Origin: an uncultured Verrucomicrobiota bacterium
GTDB lineage: Bacteria; Verrucomicrobiota; Verrucomicrobiia; Limisphaerales; AAA164-E04
Length of the DNA: 64,000 nucleotides
Direction of reading: 5' to 3'
Assembly: GCA_964415055.1 (NCBI GenBank)
Contig: CAYPZD010000005.1
Coordinates: forward strand, 903-64,902
In this document: one piece after another, positions 27,806-36,136 of the stretch
Layout: the number at the start of each line of letters is the position of its first letter
How positions within the stretch are numbered: the first letter of the stretch is position 1
The notes under the pieces: generated by a model
Databases searched by the model: none
Told to the model about the DNA's origin: nothing
The model's input: the letters and a program-made list of their open reading frames with translations, nothing else
Made by a program: the position numbers and the translations under genes

Positions 27806-30457
27806 ATGAAGAAAAGAACCATGAATAAAAAACTACTCGGACTGGGCTGCGCCATCGGCTTTACCAGCCTCGCAAGCCTGGCCCAGCATGAAGTCGTCCC
27901 CCTGGAGTTGTTCCATACTCTGGAGGAACTGGAAGTCACGCTGTGGGCTCAATCCCCCATGCTCTACAACCCGGCCAATATGGACATCGACAAAGATGGC
28001 CGTATCTGGGTCACCGAAGGGGTGAACTATCGCCGCCACTACGACCGCAAACCCGAAGGAGACCGCGTTGTGGTGCTGGAAGACACGGACGGAGACGGAC
28101 AGGCGGACAAGGAATGGGCTTTCGTCCAGGAAGAATTCCTGCGCTGCCCCATGGGGATCGCCGTCATCGACAACAAGGTGGTTGTCTCCATGACGCCCGA
28201 CATGATCGTTTACACCGATGTGGACCGTGATCTCAAATTCAATCCCGAAGTCGACAAACGTGAAGTGCTGCTCACAGGATTCAATGGACGCGTCCACGAT
28301 CACAGCCTGCACTCCGTCACGGTCGGACCCGATGGCCAATGGTATTTTAACGCCGGCAACTGCGGCTCCGTCTTCACTGATCGATCCGGTCGCACCTTCC
28401 GCATGGGCAGCGCCTATATGATGCAGGAAGTGGCAGGTCAGAGGAGCGATGACGGTCACGTCTACATCGGCGCCTTCACCGCCCGCATGAATCCCGATGG
28501 AAGTTGGGTGAACATCATCGGACACAATTACCGCAACAGCTACGAACAAACGGTCACCTCTTTCGGGGATGTGTTTCAGAACGACAACGATGATCCACCC
28601 GCCGCGCGCACGGCCTTTCTGATGGAATACGGCAACGCCGGTTTCAGCAGCTTCGACGGCAAACGTTCCTGGGGAGCTGACCGACGTCCCGGCCAAACGA
28701 CCCCTATCGCGGAATGGCGTCAGGAAGACCCCGGCACCATGCCTCCCGGAGATGTGTATGGCGGCGGGGCACCCACAGGGATTGCCTATTACGAGAACGG
28801 TTCACTCGGCAAATCATATCAAGGCATGCTGCTGTCCTGCGAACCAGCCCGTAACACGGTCTTCGGATATCTCCCAACCAATCAGGGAGCCGGATTCAAG
28901 TTGGAACGATTCAATTTCTTGACCACCAACAGTGATGAAGAGTTCTCCGGAGCAGATTTCACTGGTGGCGGCCGCAACATGACCCGTGAAAAGAAAACCT
29001 TGTTCCGCCCATCCGACGTGGCCATCGGACCCGACGGCGCAGTGTATGTCACCGACTGGTATGATGCGCGTGTTGGTGGGCATGGCGATTTGGATGACAC
29101 TCTTTCCGGAGCGATTTATCGTGTGGCGCCGAAAGGGTTCAAACCCAAGGTCCCCAAATACGACATCGATAACAGCGCGGCCCACGCAAGCGCTTTGTTG
29201 AGCCCTGCCATCAATGTCCGAGCTATTGCCGCATCCAAATTGCGTGAGTCAGGTGAATTCTATGTCAACGAAGTGTCGACTCTTCTAAAAAAAGGCAACC
29301 CCTATTTCCGGGCGCGCGCCGTGTGGGTACTAAGTGAAATGGGAGAAGCCGGACTTCGTCAAGTAAGGCGTCAACTCAAGAGTGACGACGAACAAATGCG
29401 TGTCGTTGCCTACCGGGCATTACGTCGACAAAACAAGGGCCTGATCCGCCTTTCAAAACGCATGGCCAAGGATCCATCCCCTGCCGTCCGCCGCGAAGTG
29501 GCTCTGGCAATGCGTGACATTCCATTTGCTCGCGCCAAGGACGTGCTGGTGGAAGTGGCCAAAGGATATGATGGTTCGGACCGTTACTACCTCGAAGCAC
29601 TCGGCACCGGCGCGACCAACAAGGAAAGCAAACTCTACGATGTCCTGTTGTCCGAACTCGGTAGTCAGGACGCCACCAACTGGTCCCAGGCCTTCGCCAA
29701 CATCGCCTGGCGTTTGCATCCGGAACAATCCTCCAAAGCATTCACCGCCCGGGCCCTTTCCGATCAATTGAGCGAAGCAGACCGTAAGGCAGCGTTGGTC
29801 GCCCTGGCATACAACGGCAGCAAAGAGGCCGTCGATGGTATCGTGGAAGCGGCGGCCAAAACAACCGGCATGGTGAAAGCCCATGCGGTCTGGTGGTTGC
29901 TGAACCGCAAAGGAAGCCTCTGGGTTGATTACAATCTGGACGCGGCATTGAAGGAAAATAACATTTACGATCCGGCAAAGGTCCAGGTCGTGCCCATGCA
30001 AATCCCCGAAGCGCCCGCGTCCCAGCTCCCGTCCATCGAAGACATCCTTAAACTCAAAGGCGATGCGGAAAAAGGTAAACTGCTGACAACAGCCTGCTAT
30101 ATGTGTCACAAGGTAGGCGAAAACGGCATCGACTATGGACCGGACATCACCGCATTCGCGCGGGCACAAACGTCTGAAGTCGTTCTGCGAGCGATCATCG
30201 ATCCTTCGGCGGAAATTTCCCACGGCTACGAAGGTTCCGTCATCACCACAAAAGATGAAGAAATCGTTCACGGAAGAGTGCTCTCCCGATCCGATCCCGT
30301 CATCGTCCAATGTCAGGGAGGGGTCATGCAAATGATTCCGAAAGACAAAGTGGAATCCATCCGCGGACTGCGGCGCTCACTGATGTTAAGCGGCGAACAA
30401 CTCGGCATGGATGCCCAGGCCCTGGCTGATGTGTTGGCCTATTTGAAAACACTCTGA
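27806..30457 (+). CDS. PVC-type dehydrogenase-like / HEAT-repeat / cytochrome c (CxxCH) protein
   Basis: Signal peptide, N-terminal propeller-like region, HEAT-like repeats, C-terminal CYMCH heme motif. C-terminus is paralogous to 62141-64000. Confidence 0.85.
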   Translation: MKKRTMNKKLLGLGCAIGFTSLASLAQHEVVPLELFHTLEELEVTLWAQSPMLYNPANMDIDKDGRIWVTEGVNYRRHYDRKPEGDRVVVLEDTDGDGQADKEWAFVQEEFLRCPMGIAVIDNKVVVSMTPDMIVYTDVDRDLKFNPEVDKREVLLTGFNGRVHDHSLHSVTVGPDGQWYFNAGNCGSVFTDRSGRTFRMGSAYMMQEVAGQRSDDGHVYIGAFTARMNPDGSWVNIIGHNYRNSYEQTVTSFGDVFQNDNDDPPAARTAFLMEYGNAGFSSFDGKRSWGADRRPGQTTPIAEWRQEDPGTMPPGDVYGGGAPTGIAYYENGSLGKSYQGMLLSCEPARNTVFGYLPTNQGAGFKLERFNFLTTNSDEEFSGADFTGGGRNMTREKKTLFRPSDVAIGPDGAVYVTDWYDARVGGHGDLDDTLSGAIYRVAPKGFKPKVPKYDIDNSAAHASALLSPAINVRAIAASKLRESGEFYVNEVSTLLKKGNPYFRARAVWVLSEMGEAGLRQVRRQLKSDDEQMRVVAYRALRRQNKGLIRLSKRMAKDPSPAVRREVALAMRDIPFARAKDVLVEVAKGYDGSDRYYLEALGTGATNKESKLYDVLLSELGSQDATNWSQAFANIAWRLHPEQSSKAFTARALSDQLSEADRKAALVALAYNGSKEAVDGIVEAAAKTTGMVKAHAVWWLLNRKGSLWVDYNLDAALKENNIYDPAKVQVVPMQIPEAPASQLPSIEDILKLKGDAEKGKLLTTACYMCHKVGENGIDYGPDITAFARAQTSEVVLRAIIDPSAEISHGYEGSVITTKDEEIVHGRVLSRSDPVIVQCQGGVMQMIPKDKVESIRGLRRSLMLSGEQLGMDAQALADVLAYLKTL

Positions 30458-30477
30458 CCACAATCGCAAAACACCAT

Positions 30478-30506
30478 GGGGGCGTCCACCGGGACGCCCC
30501 CTTTTT
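30478..30506 (+). terminator. rho-independent terminator
   Basis: 10-bp GC stem GGGGGCGTCC / GGACGCCCCC, loop ACCG, then T5. Lies 21 nt after the stop. Confidence 0.85.
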
Positions 30507-30510
30507 GATC

Positions 30511-30885
30511 ATGCAAAGAGACGCACGCATTCCGATCATCGAAGTTCTCGAAATGGCAGCCAGTGAAAATGGTTTGCCCCAGGAACTGATTGCCGGAGAA
30601 AACGTGCACGATGTCTCCCTCTACCACGACCTCATCGACCAAGGCTACCTGATGGGAACCATCCTCAGTGATGGCAAGCGCCCCTACTTCATCGAAAGCT
30701 GCCACATCACCACCAAAGGACGGGAATACCTGATGCAACTCCAAGGAAACGTCCGACAAAAACCACCCTTCTGGTCGGGAACTTTCAAATACACCCTGAT
30801 CGGTTTTATCATTGGAACAACAATCGGACTGGTGTTCACGCTCTGGTGGATTCGTAAATTCGGAATGCCCGGGTGGATTCATTGA
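30511..30885 (+). CDS. hypothetical protein, winged-helix-like N-terminus plus C-terminal TM helix
   Basis: 124 aa from ATG 30511. The C-terminal segment TLIGFIIGTTIGLVFTLWWI is hydrophobic. No family recognised. Confidence 0.5.
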   Translation: MQRDARIPIIEVLEMAASENGLPQELIAGENVHDVSLYHDLIDQGYLMGTILSDGKRPYFIESCHITTKGREYLMQLQGNVRQKPPFWSGTFKYTLIGFIIGTTIGLVFTLWWIRKFGMPGWIH

Positions 30886-31001
30886 TCACGCCCGTCCCGG
30901 CGCACGGGACTCGAGACGCCGAGACACGGAGTTTTGTTGAACCACTTCCAACGGTGAAAGGACTAATTATGTTACAGTTTCAATTCGATGTTCATAAACG
31001 T

Positions 31002-31916
31002 TCACCAATTTGGAACCACTAAGTCATGCTGGGAGGTTCGATACTTACCATACCACTCGGCATATGGAACCAACGGTCCCTGCTCTCGCATCCGAATTTT
31101 TTTTACCGGATTCATGCTGCCCGGAGTGCTTGTTCCGTAATTCATCATCTCCAGCGGCAAATCCTCCATGCCCTTCATATTGTAAAACAACCGGTGAATC
31201 AGGCCATTGGCATTGGCTTTTCCCGCGGCAGTTGCGAACTCGGGATGAAACCATTTCCAATCCTGCAAACGATCACGCAGGGCGGTGAAGGTTTTATTCA
31301 CCTGCTCATCCCACTTCACATCCGGAAACAGCACCTTTTGGATCCCCAGGTTTTCACTCACCCTGGGTCCCTTGGATTTTTTTTCGCGAACAGCATGATG
31401 AAACAACCGAAAATCCCGAAAGCAAAGCGCCACCAAAACCGGATCATGCCCGCGGTCATGCTCACTGAGAATGGTATAGAACTGTTTGAAGGGCAAAGTC
31501 AGCCTGATCTCATCCTCAAAGAACCGTTCCAGAAACGTGTCATTATAGAGGACGATCGATGGAAGCGCCTTCATATCTGACGACATGTTTACCGAATCCC
31601 TCACTGGGTACCATGGAAATTCCCTTTTCCACTTTTCCGATTCTTCTTTTACTATCTTCAGGGCTTTCGCGCGTCGTTTACCGGGTGTTAGGATGTATTC
31701 CACACGGGAGAAATGGTAGTCAACGGTTTGGGCGAAACGGGGTGAGATGTTTACTAATATATTTCCCACCCAGTGACGTATGATCCAGTCGCCTGAGCTG
31801 GGACCAGGATGTCTCCGCTGATCTTCCGTAACACCTGTCGTAAGAAAAAAGATAAAAGCCAAACTTCCAAGAGCCATGGCTCCCAAAAGAATCAAGATGG
31901 GTTTTTGTTTCTTCAT
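31002..31916 (-). CDS. hypothetical N-terminally anchored protein (paralog A)
   Basis: 304 aa with one N-terminal TM. Shares colinear blocks with the next gene (FFEDEIR...FYTILSEHDRGHDP). Confidence 0.7.
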   Translation of the reverse strand: MKKQKPILILLGAMALGSLAFIFFLTTGVTEDQRRHPGPSSGDWIIRHWVGNILVNISPRFAQTVDYHFSRVEYILTPGKRRAKALKIVKEESEKWKREFPWYPVRDSVNMSSDMKALPSIVLYNDTFLERFFEDEIRLTLPFKQFYTILSEHDRGHDPVLVALCFRDFRLFHHAVREKKSKGPRVSENLGIQKVLFPDVKWDEQVNKTFTALRDRLQDWKWFHPEFATAAGKANANGLIHRLFYNMKGMEDLPLEMMNYGTSTPGSMNPVKKIRMREQGPLVPYAEWYGKYRTSQHDLVVPNW

Positions 31917-31973
31917 GAATGTTGGTTTTTATGGAATCGTTTCAATATCGAATGGCTGTGGTTTCGGAAGTCC

Positions 31974-33230
31974 TTATTGGGATCTTTGGTTCGCTTTTAG
32001 GATACTCTGGATGATTGGAGCAACCTCTCCCACCGTGGCTGGTTGCACTTCGCCGCTTTGACGCATGACTTCAACTTCCTCGGGGGTAGGTAACGAAACA
32101 CTTCCATCCTCTTCGACAATGGCCGGCACACGCTCTCCACGTTCGTTGATAAGAGTCAAACCCATGCTTTCGGACCATTTGACAGGATCTCCATCCTTGT
32201 CAACCAACTGACCATTTTTGACTTCAACAGGTGGAAACAATTCAGGGGCGGCTGCTTTGAGAGATGGGTCACCTTGTTCATAGCTGGCCTGAAATTGACG
32301 ATTCTGTGTTCCATGATAATTTTCACTTTGCTCGTTCCACCCAACGTAAGGTACTAACAATTCCTCTTCGCCAGTCAACAAACCTTGAGCTTCGGCGCTA
32401 TTATCAGCCATTCCGGACACTCCACCATAAGGCATGACATTCACCGGCAATTCACCAAGGTCATCAATCTCCGTAGTGAGCCTCTCAATCAGCCCCATCA
32501 ATTCTACTTGCCCGGCTTCTCCAAAAAACCTTTGATCCATCCATTCCCACCCCATCAACCTTCCTTTCAAGTTATCCAACTGCGTTTCTGAAGCTTCACG
32601 GTAAGTTCTGTCTCCAAAAACGGTTAATCCAGCTTCAATACCCACATCATCGATCCTTTCATCAGGGCTGTTTTCAAATGCTGTATGGTAGTAACGACGT
32701 AATGCCCAAAAAACACCTGCAGCCTCAGCTGGGTTATGCCCCCTTCCGTGTTCATTGAGAATATTGTAGAATTTCTCAAATTGAGACGAATACCTCAGTT
32801 CATCCTCAAAAAAATTCTTGAGAATGTAATGATTGCTTCCAGTCACACGATCGGTTGCCGACATTCGGTGTGTTGATTCGCCGGCATTCTTAGTTCTAAC
32901 AGTGAAATGCCTACGTGTGTCAAACCTGATATCAGGATCATATGTTTTTACCCAGGGGAAATTGGCTTCCCATTGGGCTCGCCGTTTTGCTTCTGCCATA
33001 CTATCCTCTTCGCCAAGGGTAGACCGGAAGTGTGTATGATGGACATCTATTGCTTCAGTATTTGTAGTCTTTTCTATTTTACCTGTAAGTTGCTGTTGGC
33101 CGTCTCTATTTTCGGTTTCAACGATTCCTAAATCAATATTCCTTCGGTTTATTATATTCAAAGTAAGTCCTATAATAACAATTAACATCAATGCTAAAAA
33201 GACTGATTTTCTTATTGTACGTGCCTTCAT
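31974..33230 (-). CDS. hypothetical N-terminally anchored protein (paralog B)
   Basis: Start probably ATG 33230 (MKARTIRKSVFLALMLIV...) rather than 33296. Has FFEDELR...FYNILNEHGRGHNP and a roughly 100-aa acidic C-terminal extension. Confidence 0.7.
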   Translation of the reverse strand: MKARTIRKSVFLALMLIVIIGLTLNIINRRNIDLGIVETENRDGQQQLTGKIEKTTNTEAIDVHHTHFRSTLGEEDSMAEAKRRAQWEANFPWVKTYDPDIRFDTRRHFTVRTKNAGESTHRMSATDRVTGSNHYILKNFFEDELRYSSQFEKFYNILNEHGRGHNPAEAAGVFWALRRYYHTAFENSPDERIDDVGIEAGLTVFGDRTYREASETQLDNLKGRLMGWEWMDQRFFGEAGQVELMGLIERLTTEIDDLGELPVNVMPYGGVSGMADNSAEAQGLLTGEEELLVPYVGWNEQSENYHGTQNRQFQASYEQGDPSLKAAAPELFPPVEVKNGQLVDKDGDPVKWSESMGLTLINERGERVPAIVEEDGSVSLPTPEEVEVMRQSGEVQPATVGEVAPIIQSILKANQRSQ

Positions 33231-33268
33231 AGTATGTCCATTACTTCTTAAATCACTCCGTTTTAATT

Positions 33269-34369
33269 TTACAGTCTCGTAAATCTGCTCACCCATTCAA
33301 TGTTTTGTTGAATGTCGTTTTCTTCAATTGATTCCACCTTACTTGCATCGGTAATATTCCCATTGGCGTCTAAATACTCAATTGGGACCATCATAATGTG
33401 AGCCCTGACTTCTTCATAATTTTCATGCCACCAAATATCGATCCCACCTTGAATCCGTTCACTCCTTACTCGTTCATGCGGATCACAAATATTCATTGAA
33501 GTCGATGCGTATTCATAACCAGGCACATTGGGCCAGGTATCAGAATCTTGTATCCACGGCGTTTTTCCCTGCCAACTCCCATAGATTCCGGCACGGTCCC
33601 AAACCCACACGAGACCCTGACGCTGAAAGCTCACAGTAGCAGAGTAATCATAACCATTATCAGCTGCGTCTTGAAGCAATTCGCCATCAACAACGGACTC
33701 TGACGTAGACGGATTAAACACCCTGGATTCTAGCTTCACTTCTGGGTACTCATGAATGATGGACTTCGCTTGGCGAATCCAGAATCCAGGTTTTGACCAC
33801 GTGTCTCCACCATTAAGCCTGGTCCACCAATCATTCATTTGAGCGGCATCATCGGAGGCCACAATGGATTGCCAATCAGACACCCACATGGGCAATTTAA
33901 CATACATTGTTCTATCAGGATTGACTGAATACTCTTGATCCTCACTATTCCATTCGACCCACTGATAATCGAATTCAGTGATGGAATAGTTCCCAGTATC
34001 CCAACCCCCTAAGTAACCGTAAGAAAACTCTGGTGAATCTTCGGATATCGGATTGTATCCACCCCAAGCGGTCCCACTGTAAACACCACTGAAACTCTTC
34101 GAGGCATATGTTTCCAAAGATGGTCTCGCTGCAATTTTGGATTCTTTGTTTTGAGGTGCAAAGATTTCGTTATACAATTGACCATAGGTGACGACCGTTC
34201 CCACGCCGCTTACGATACTCCATGCATAGCCAGCCACACTGCCCGTACCCCGTATCCAACTGGCAGCAGCCACCAGAGCAGCGGGTGCTGCTGAATAAAG
34301 AGTAACAGTGGCCAACAGTGAGACGGCCACCATCGCGGTGAGCTTTTTTGATTGGATGATTTGTTTCAT
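33269..34369 (-). CDS. hypothetical Trp-rich protein with two N-terminal hydrophobic segments
   Basis: 366 aa from ATG 34369 (MKQIIQSKKLTAMVAVSLL...). Many W/Y/D residues; no family recognised. Confidence 0.65.
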   Translation of the reverse strand: MKQIIQSKKLTAMVAVSLLATVTLYSAAPAALVAAASWIRGTGSVAGYAWSIVSGVGTVVTYGQLYNEIFAPQNKESKIAARPSLETYASKSFSGVYSGTAWGGYNPISEDSPEFSYGYLGGWDTGNYSITEFDYQWVEWNSEDQEYSVNPDRTMYVKLPMWVSDWQSIVASDDAAQMNDWWTRLNGGDTWSKPGFWIRQAKSIIHEYPEVKLESRVFNPSTSESVVDGELLQDAADNGYDYSATVSFQRQGLVWVWDRAGIYGSWQGKTPWIQDSDTWPNVPGYEYASTSMNICDPHERVRSERIQGGIDIWWHENYEEVRAHIMMVPIEYLDANGNITDASKVESIEENDIQQNIEWVSRFTRL

Positions 34370-34771
34370 TTTGTTCCTTTCTTTTTCGTTTTTAAATTTG
34401 ATCAGATCACAGCTCCGCTGGCGTAGTTCTGCACAGCAGAGTACGTTGATTGAAATTGATTCATTGCTCCGTTTTGTCCGTATGTTCCAGTTGCTGGAAC
34501 CTGGTGGCTTGATCACCTTGTGTCGGGCTATTCAGGCAGGACCCGAGATACGGTAAAGCAATCACCAAGCAGTAATACTGCTGCAGAATGGTGTCAATGG
34601 AAAAAGTGACTTTTTGATACAATTTTACTTAAATGCTAAATCACTTGCTACAGGCAAGTTCTAAAATATATAAAAACTTGTCGCATTTTCGATTCTTAAT
34701 GTCGGTTTTTCAGACTTATGTCACTTTTTGAACCGATTGTCAGGTGTTAGGGAAGCGGTTTTGCATTTTGT

Positions 34772-34864
34772 CTCACACGAAGCCACCAAGCCACAAAGAA
34801 TCAGGTTTTGATAAAAATAATGAGTTCCCTTTAATTACTTCGTGGCTTTGTGTCTTCGTGCGAG
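34772..34864. repeat. REP-like hairpin: two inverted 27-nt arms made of 8-bp CACNAAGN units
   Basis: CTCACACGAAGCCACCAAGCCACAAAG (34772-34798) against the reverse complement of 34838-34864 (CTCGCACGAAGACACAAAGCCACGAAG), 23/27 identical. Loop 39 nt. Starts 1 nt after the ATPase stop codon. Confidence 0.75.
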
Positions 34865-34865
34865 A

Positions 34866-36119
34866 TCACTTATCGGTTGGGATGGAGCGAATGATTTCTT
34901 CCAGGGGGGTTTCGCCGCGGATGACGCGCTCGATGCCGGCTTGCCAGAGGGTTTTCATGCCTCGTTCGATGGCTATGTCCTGGAGTTTGCGGGTGGGGAG
35001 TTTGCCCATGATGGCTTCACGCATGGTTTCATCGACTTCGAGCATTTCGGTGACGGAGGCTTGTCCGCTGAATCCGGTTCCCGCGCAATGTTCGCATCCT
35101 CCTCCATTACGCAGGCTGGCTTCTTCCCGGAACGCGTCGGGTATCAGTTTTTGATAGGAAGCTTCGGGTTGGTAGGGTTGGGCACAGTAGGGACAGGTGG
35201 TTCGGATGAGACGAAGTCCAAGGACGCCAATCACGCTGGATGCCAGCAGAAAGGGTTCGATCTTCATGTTGATCATGCGCGCAAAGACCCCGGCAGTGCT
35301 GCCGCTGTGAATGGTGCTGATGACCAGGTGCCCGGTGAGTCCGGCCTGCACCGCGATGTTGGCCGTTTCCGCGTCGCGGATTTCGCCGACCATGATGACC
35401 TGTGGATCCTGTCGCATCAGGGATCGCAGAGCGACAGGGTAAGTGAATTCCTTGGCATGGTGGATTTGGGCCTGACTGATCATGGGCAGGTTGTATTCCA
35501 CCGGATCTTCCACCGTGCTGATGCTGATGGCGGGCCCGTGTTTTTCAACCAGGTGCGTCAACGCCGCGTAAATGGCGGTAGTCTTGCCAGATCCGGTCGG
35601 GCCGGTAAGGAGGATCATGCCGCTGGGTTTGGACAGCAGTTGTTTCATGGTGTCCAAGGTGGATGCTTCGAATCCGAGGTCGTCCAGATTGAAGCTGCGT
35701 CGATTGGGATCAAAGATGCGGATGACGATTTTCTCCCCACGCAACACGCCCCCCTGATGATTCCCCCGAACCACAGGAAAGAAAGACATCCGAAGTTCAA
35801 CACCCCCCATCTCCTGCCCTGTCTGTGCATGGCCTTCCTGGGGGCGGTCCATTTCGTAACTGACCAGATTGGCCATGACTTTGAGCCGGCCTCCGACCTT
35901 CTCCATGAGATCGACCGGCAAATGCAACAACTCCTGCAACACCCCGTTCAACCTTATCCGCACAACCAGACTGGCGTCCCAGGGTTCGATATGGATGTCA
36001 CTGGCGCCGGATTCGATGGCATCGCTGATCATCAGGTCCACCAGGTGTGTGATTTCGAGCGATTCCACGGAGTCCGCTGACTGAAGATATTCGGATGCCT
36101 TGTTCATGTTGTTTATCAA
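34866..36119 (-). CDS. GspE/PilB-family secretion ATPase (short form)
   Basis: Walker A GPTGSGKTT, Walker B VIMVGEIRD, His box GHLVISTIHS, tetracysteine CPYC...CEHC; 417 aa. Confidence 0.9.
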   Translation of the reverse strand: MINNMNKASEYLQSADSVESLEITHLVDLMISDAIESGASDIHIEPWDASLVVRIRLNGVLQELLHLPVDLMEKVGGRLKVMANLVSYEMDRPQEGHAQTGQEMGGVELRMSFFPVVRGNHQGGVLRGEKIVIRIFDPNRRSFNLDDLGFEASTLDTMKQLLSKPSGMILLTGPTGSGKTTAIYAALTHLVEKHGPAISISTVEDPVEYNLPMISQAQIHHAKEFTYPVALRSLMRQDPQVIMVGEIRDAETANIAVQAGLTGHLVISTIHSGSTAGVFARMINMKIEPFLLASSVIGVLGLRLIRTTCPYCAQPYQPEASYQKLIPDAFREEASLRNGGGCEHCAGTGFSGQASVTEMLEVDETMREAIMGKLPTRKLQDIAIERGMKTLWQAGIERVIRGETPLEEIIRSIPTDK

Positions 36120-36136
36120 TCGTTGTTTTGCTATAA

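Noticed and set aside
34606-34731. GT(G/C)ACTTTTTGA boxes read as sigma-54 (-24/-12) promoters.
   Set aside because: They lack the GG-N10-GC spacing (TGGCAC-N5-TTGC). Their orientation points away from the islet genes.
34842-36080. 412-aa plus-strand ORF antisense to the GspE-like ATPase. Similar long antisense ORFs occur at 2457-3104, 4963-5793, 6129-6707, 13063-13617, 14022-14534, 18396-18911, 23715-24440, 27833-28696, 29453-30331, 50263-50712 and 52969-53643.
   Set aside because: In each case the opposite strand encodes a protein with multiple unambiguous family motifs. The antisense translations are low-complexity (R/G/H/D-rich) with no motifs. This is a typical shadow-ORF artefact of moderately GC-rich coding sequence.
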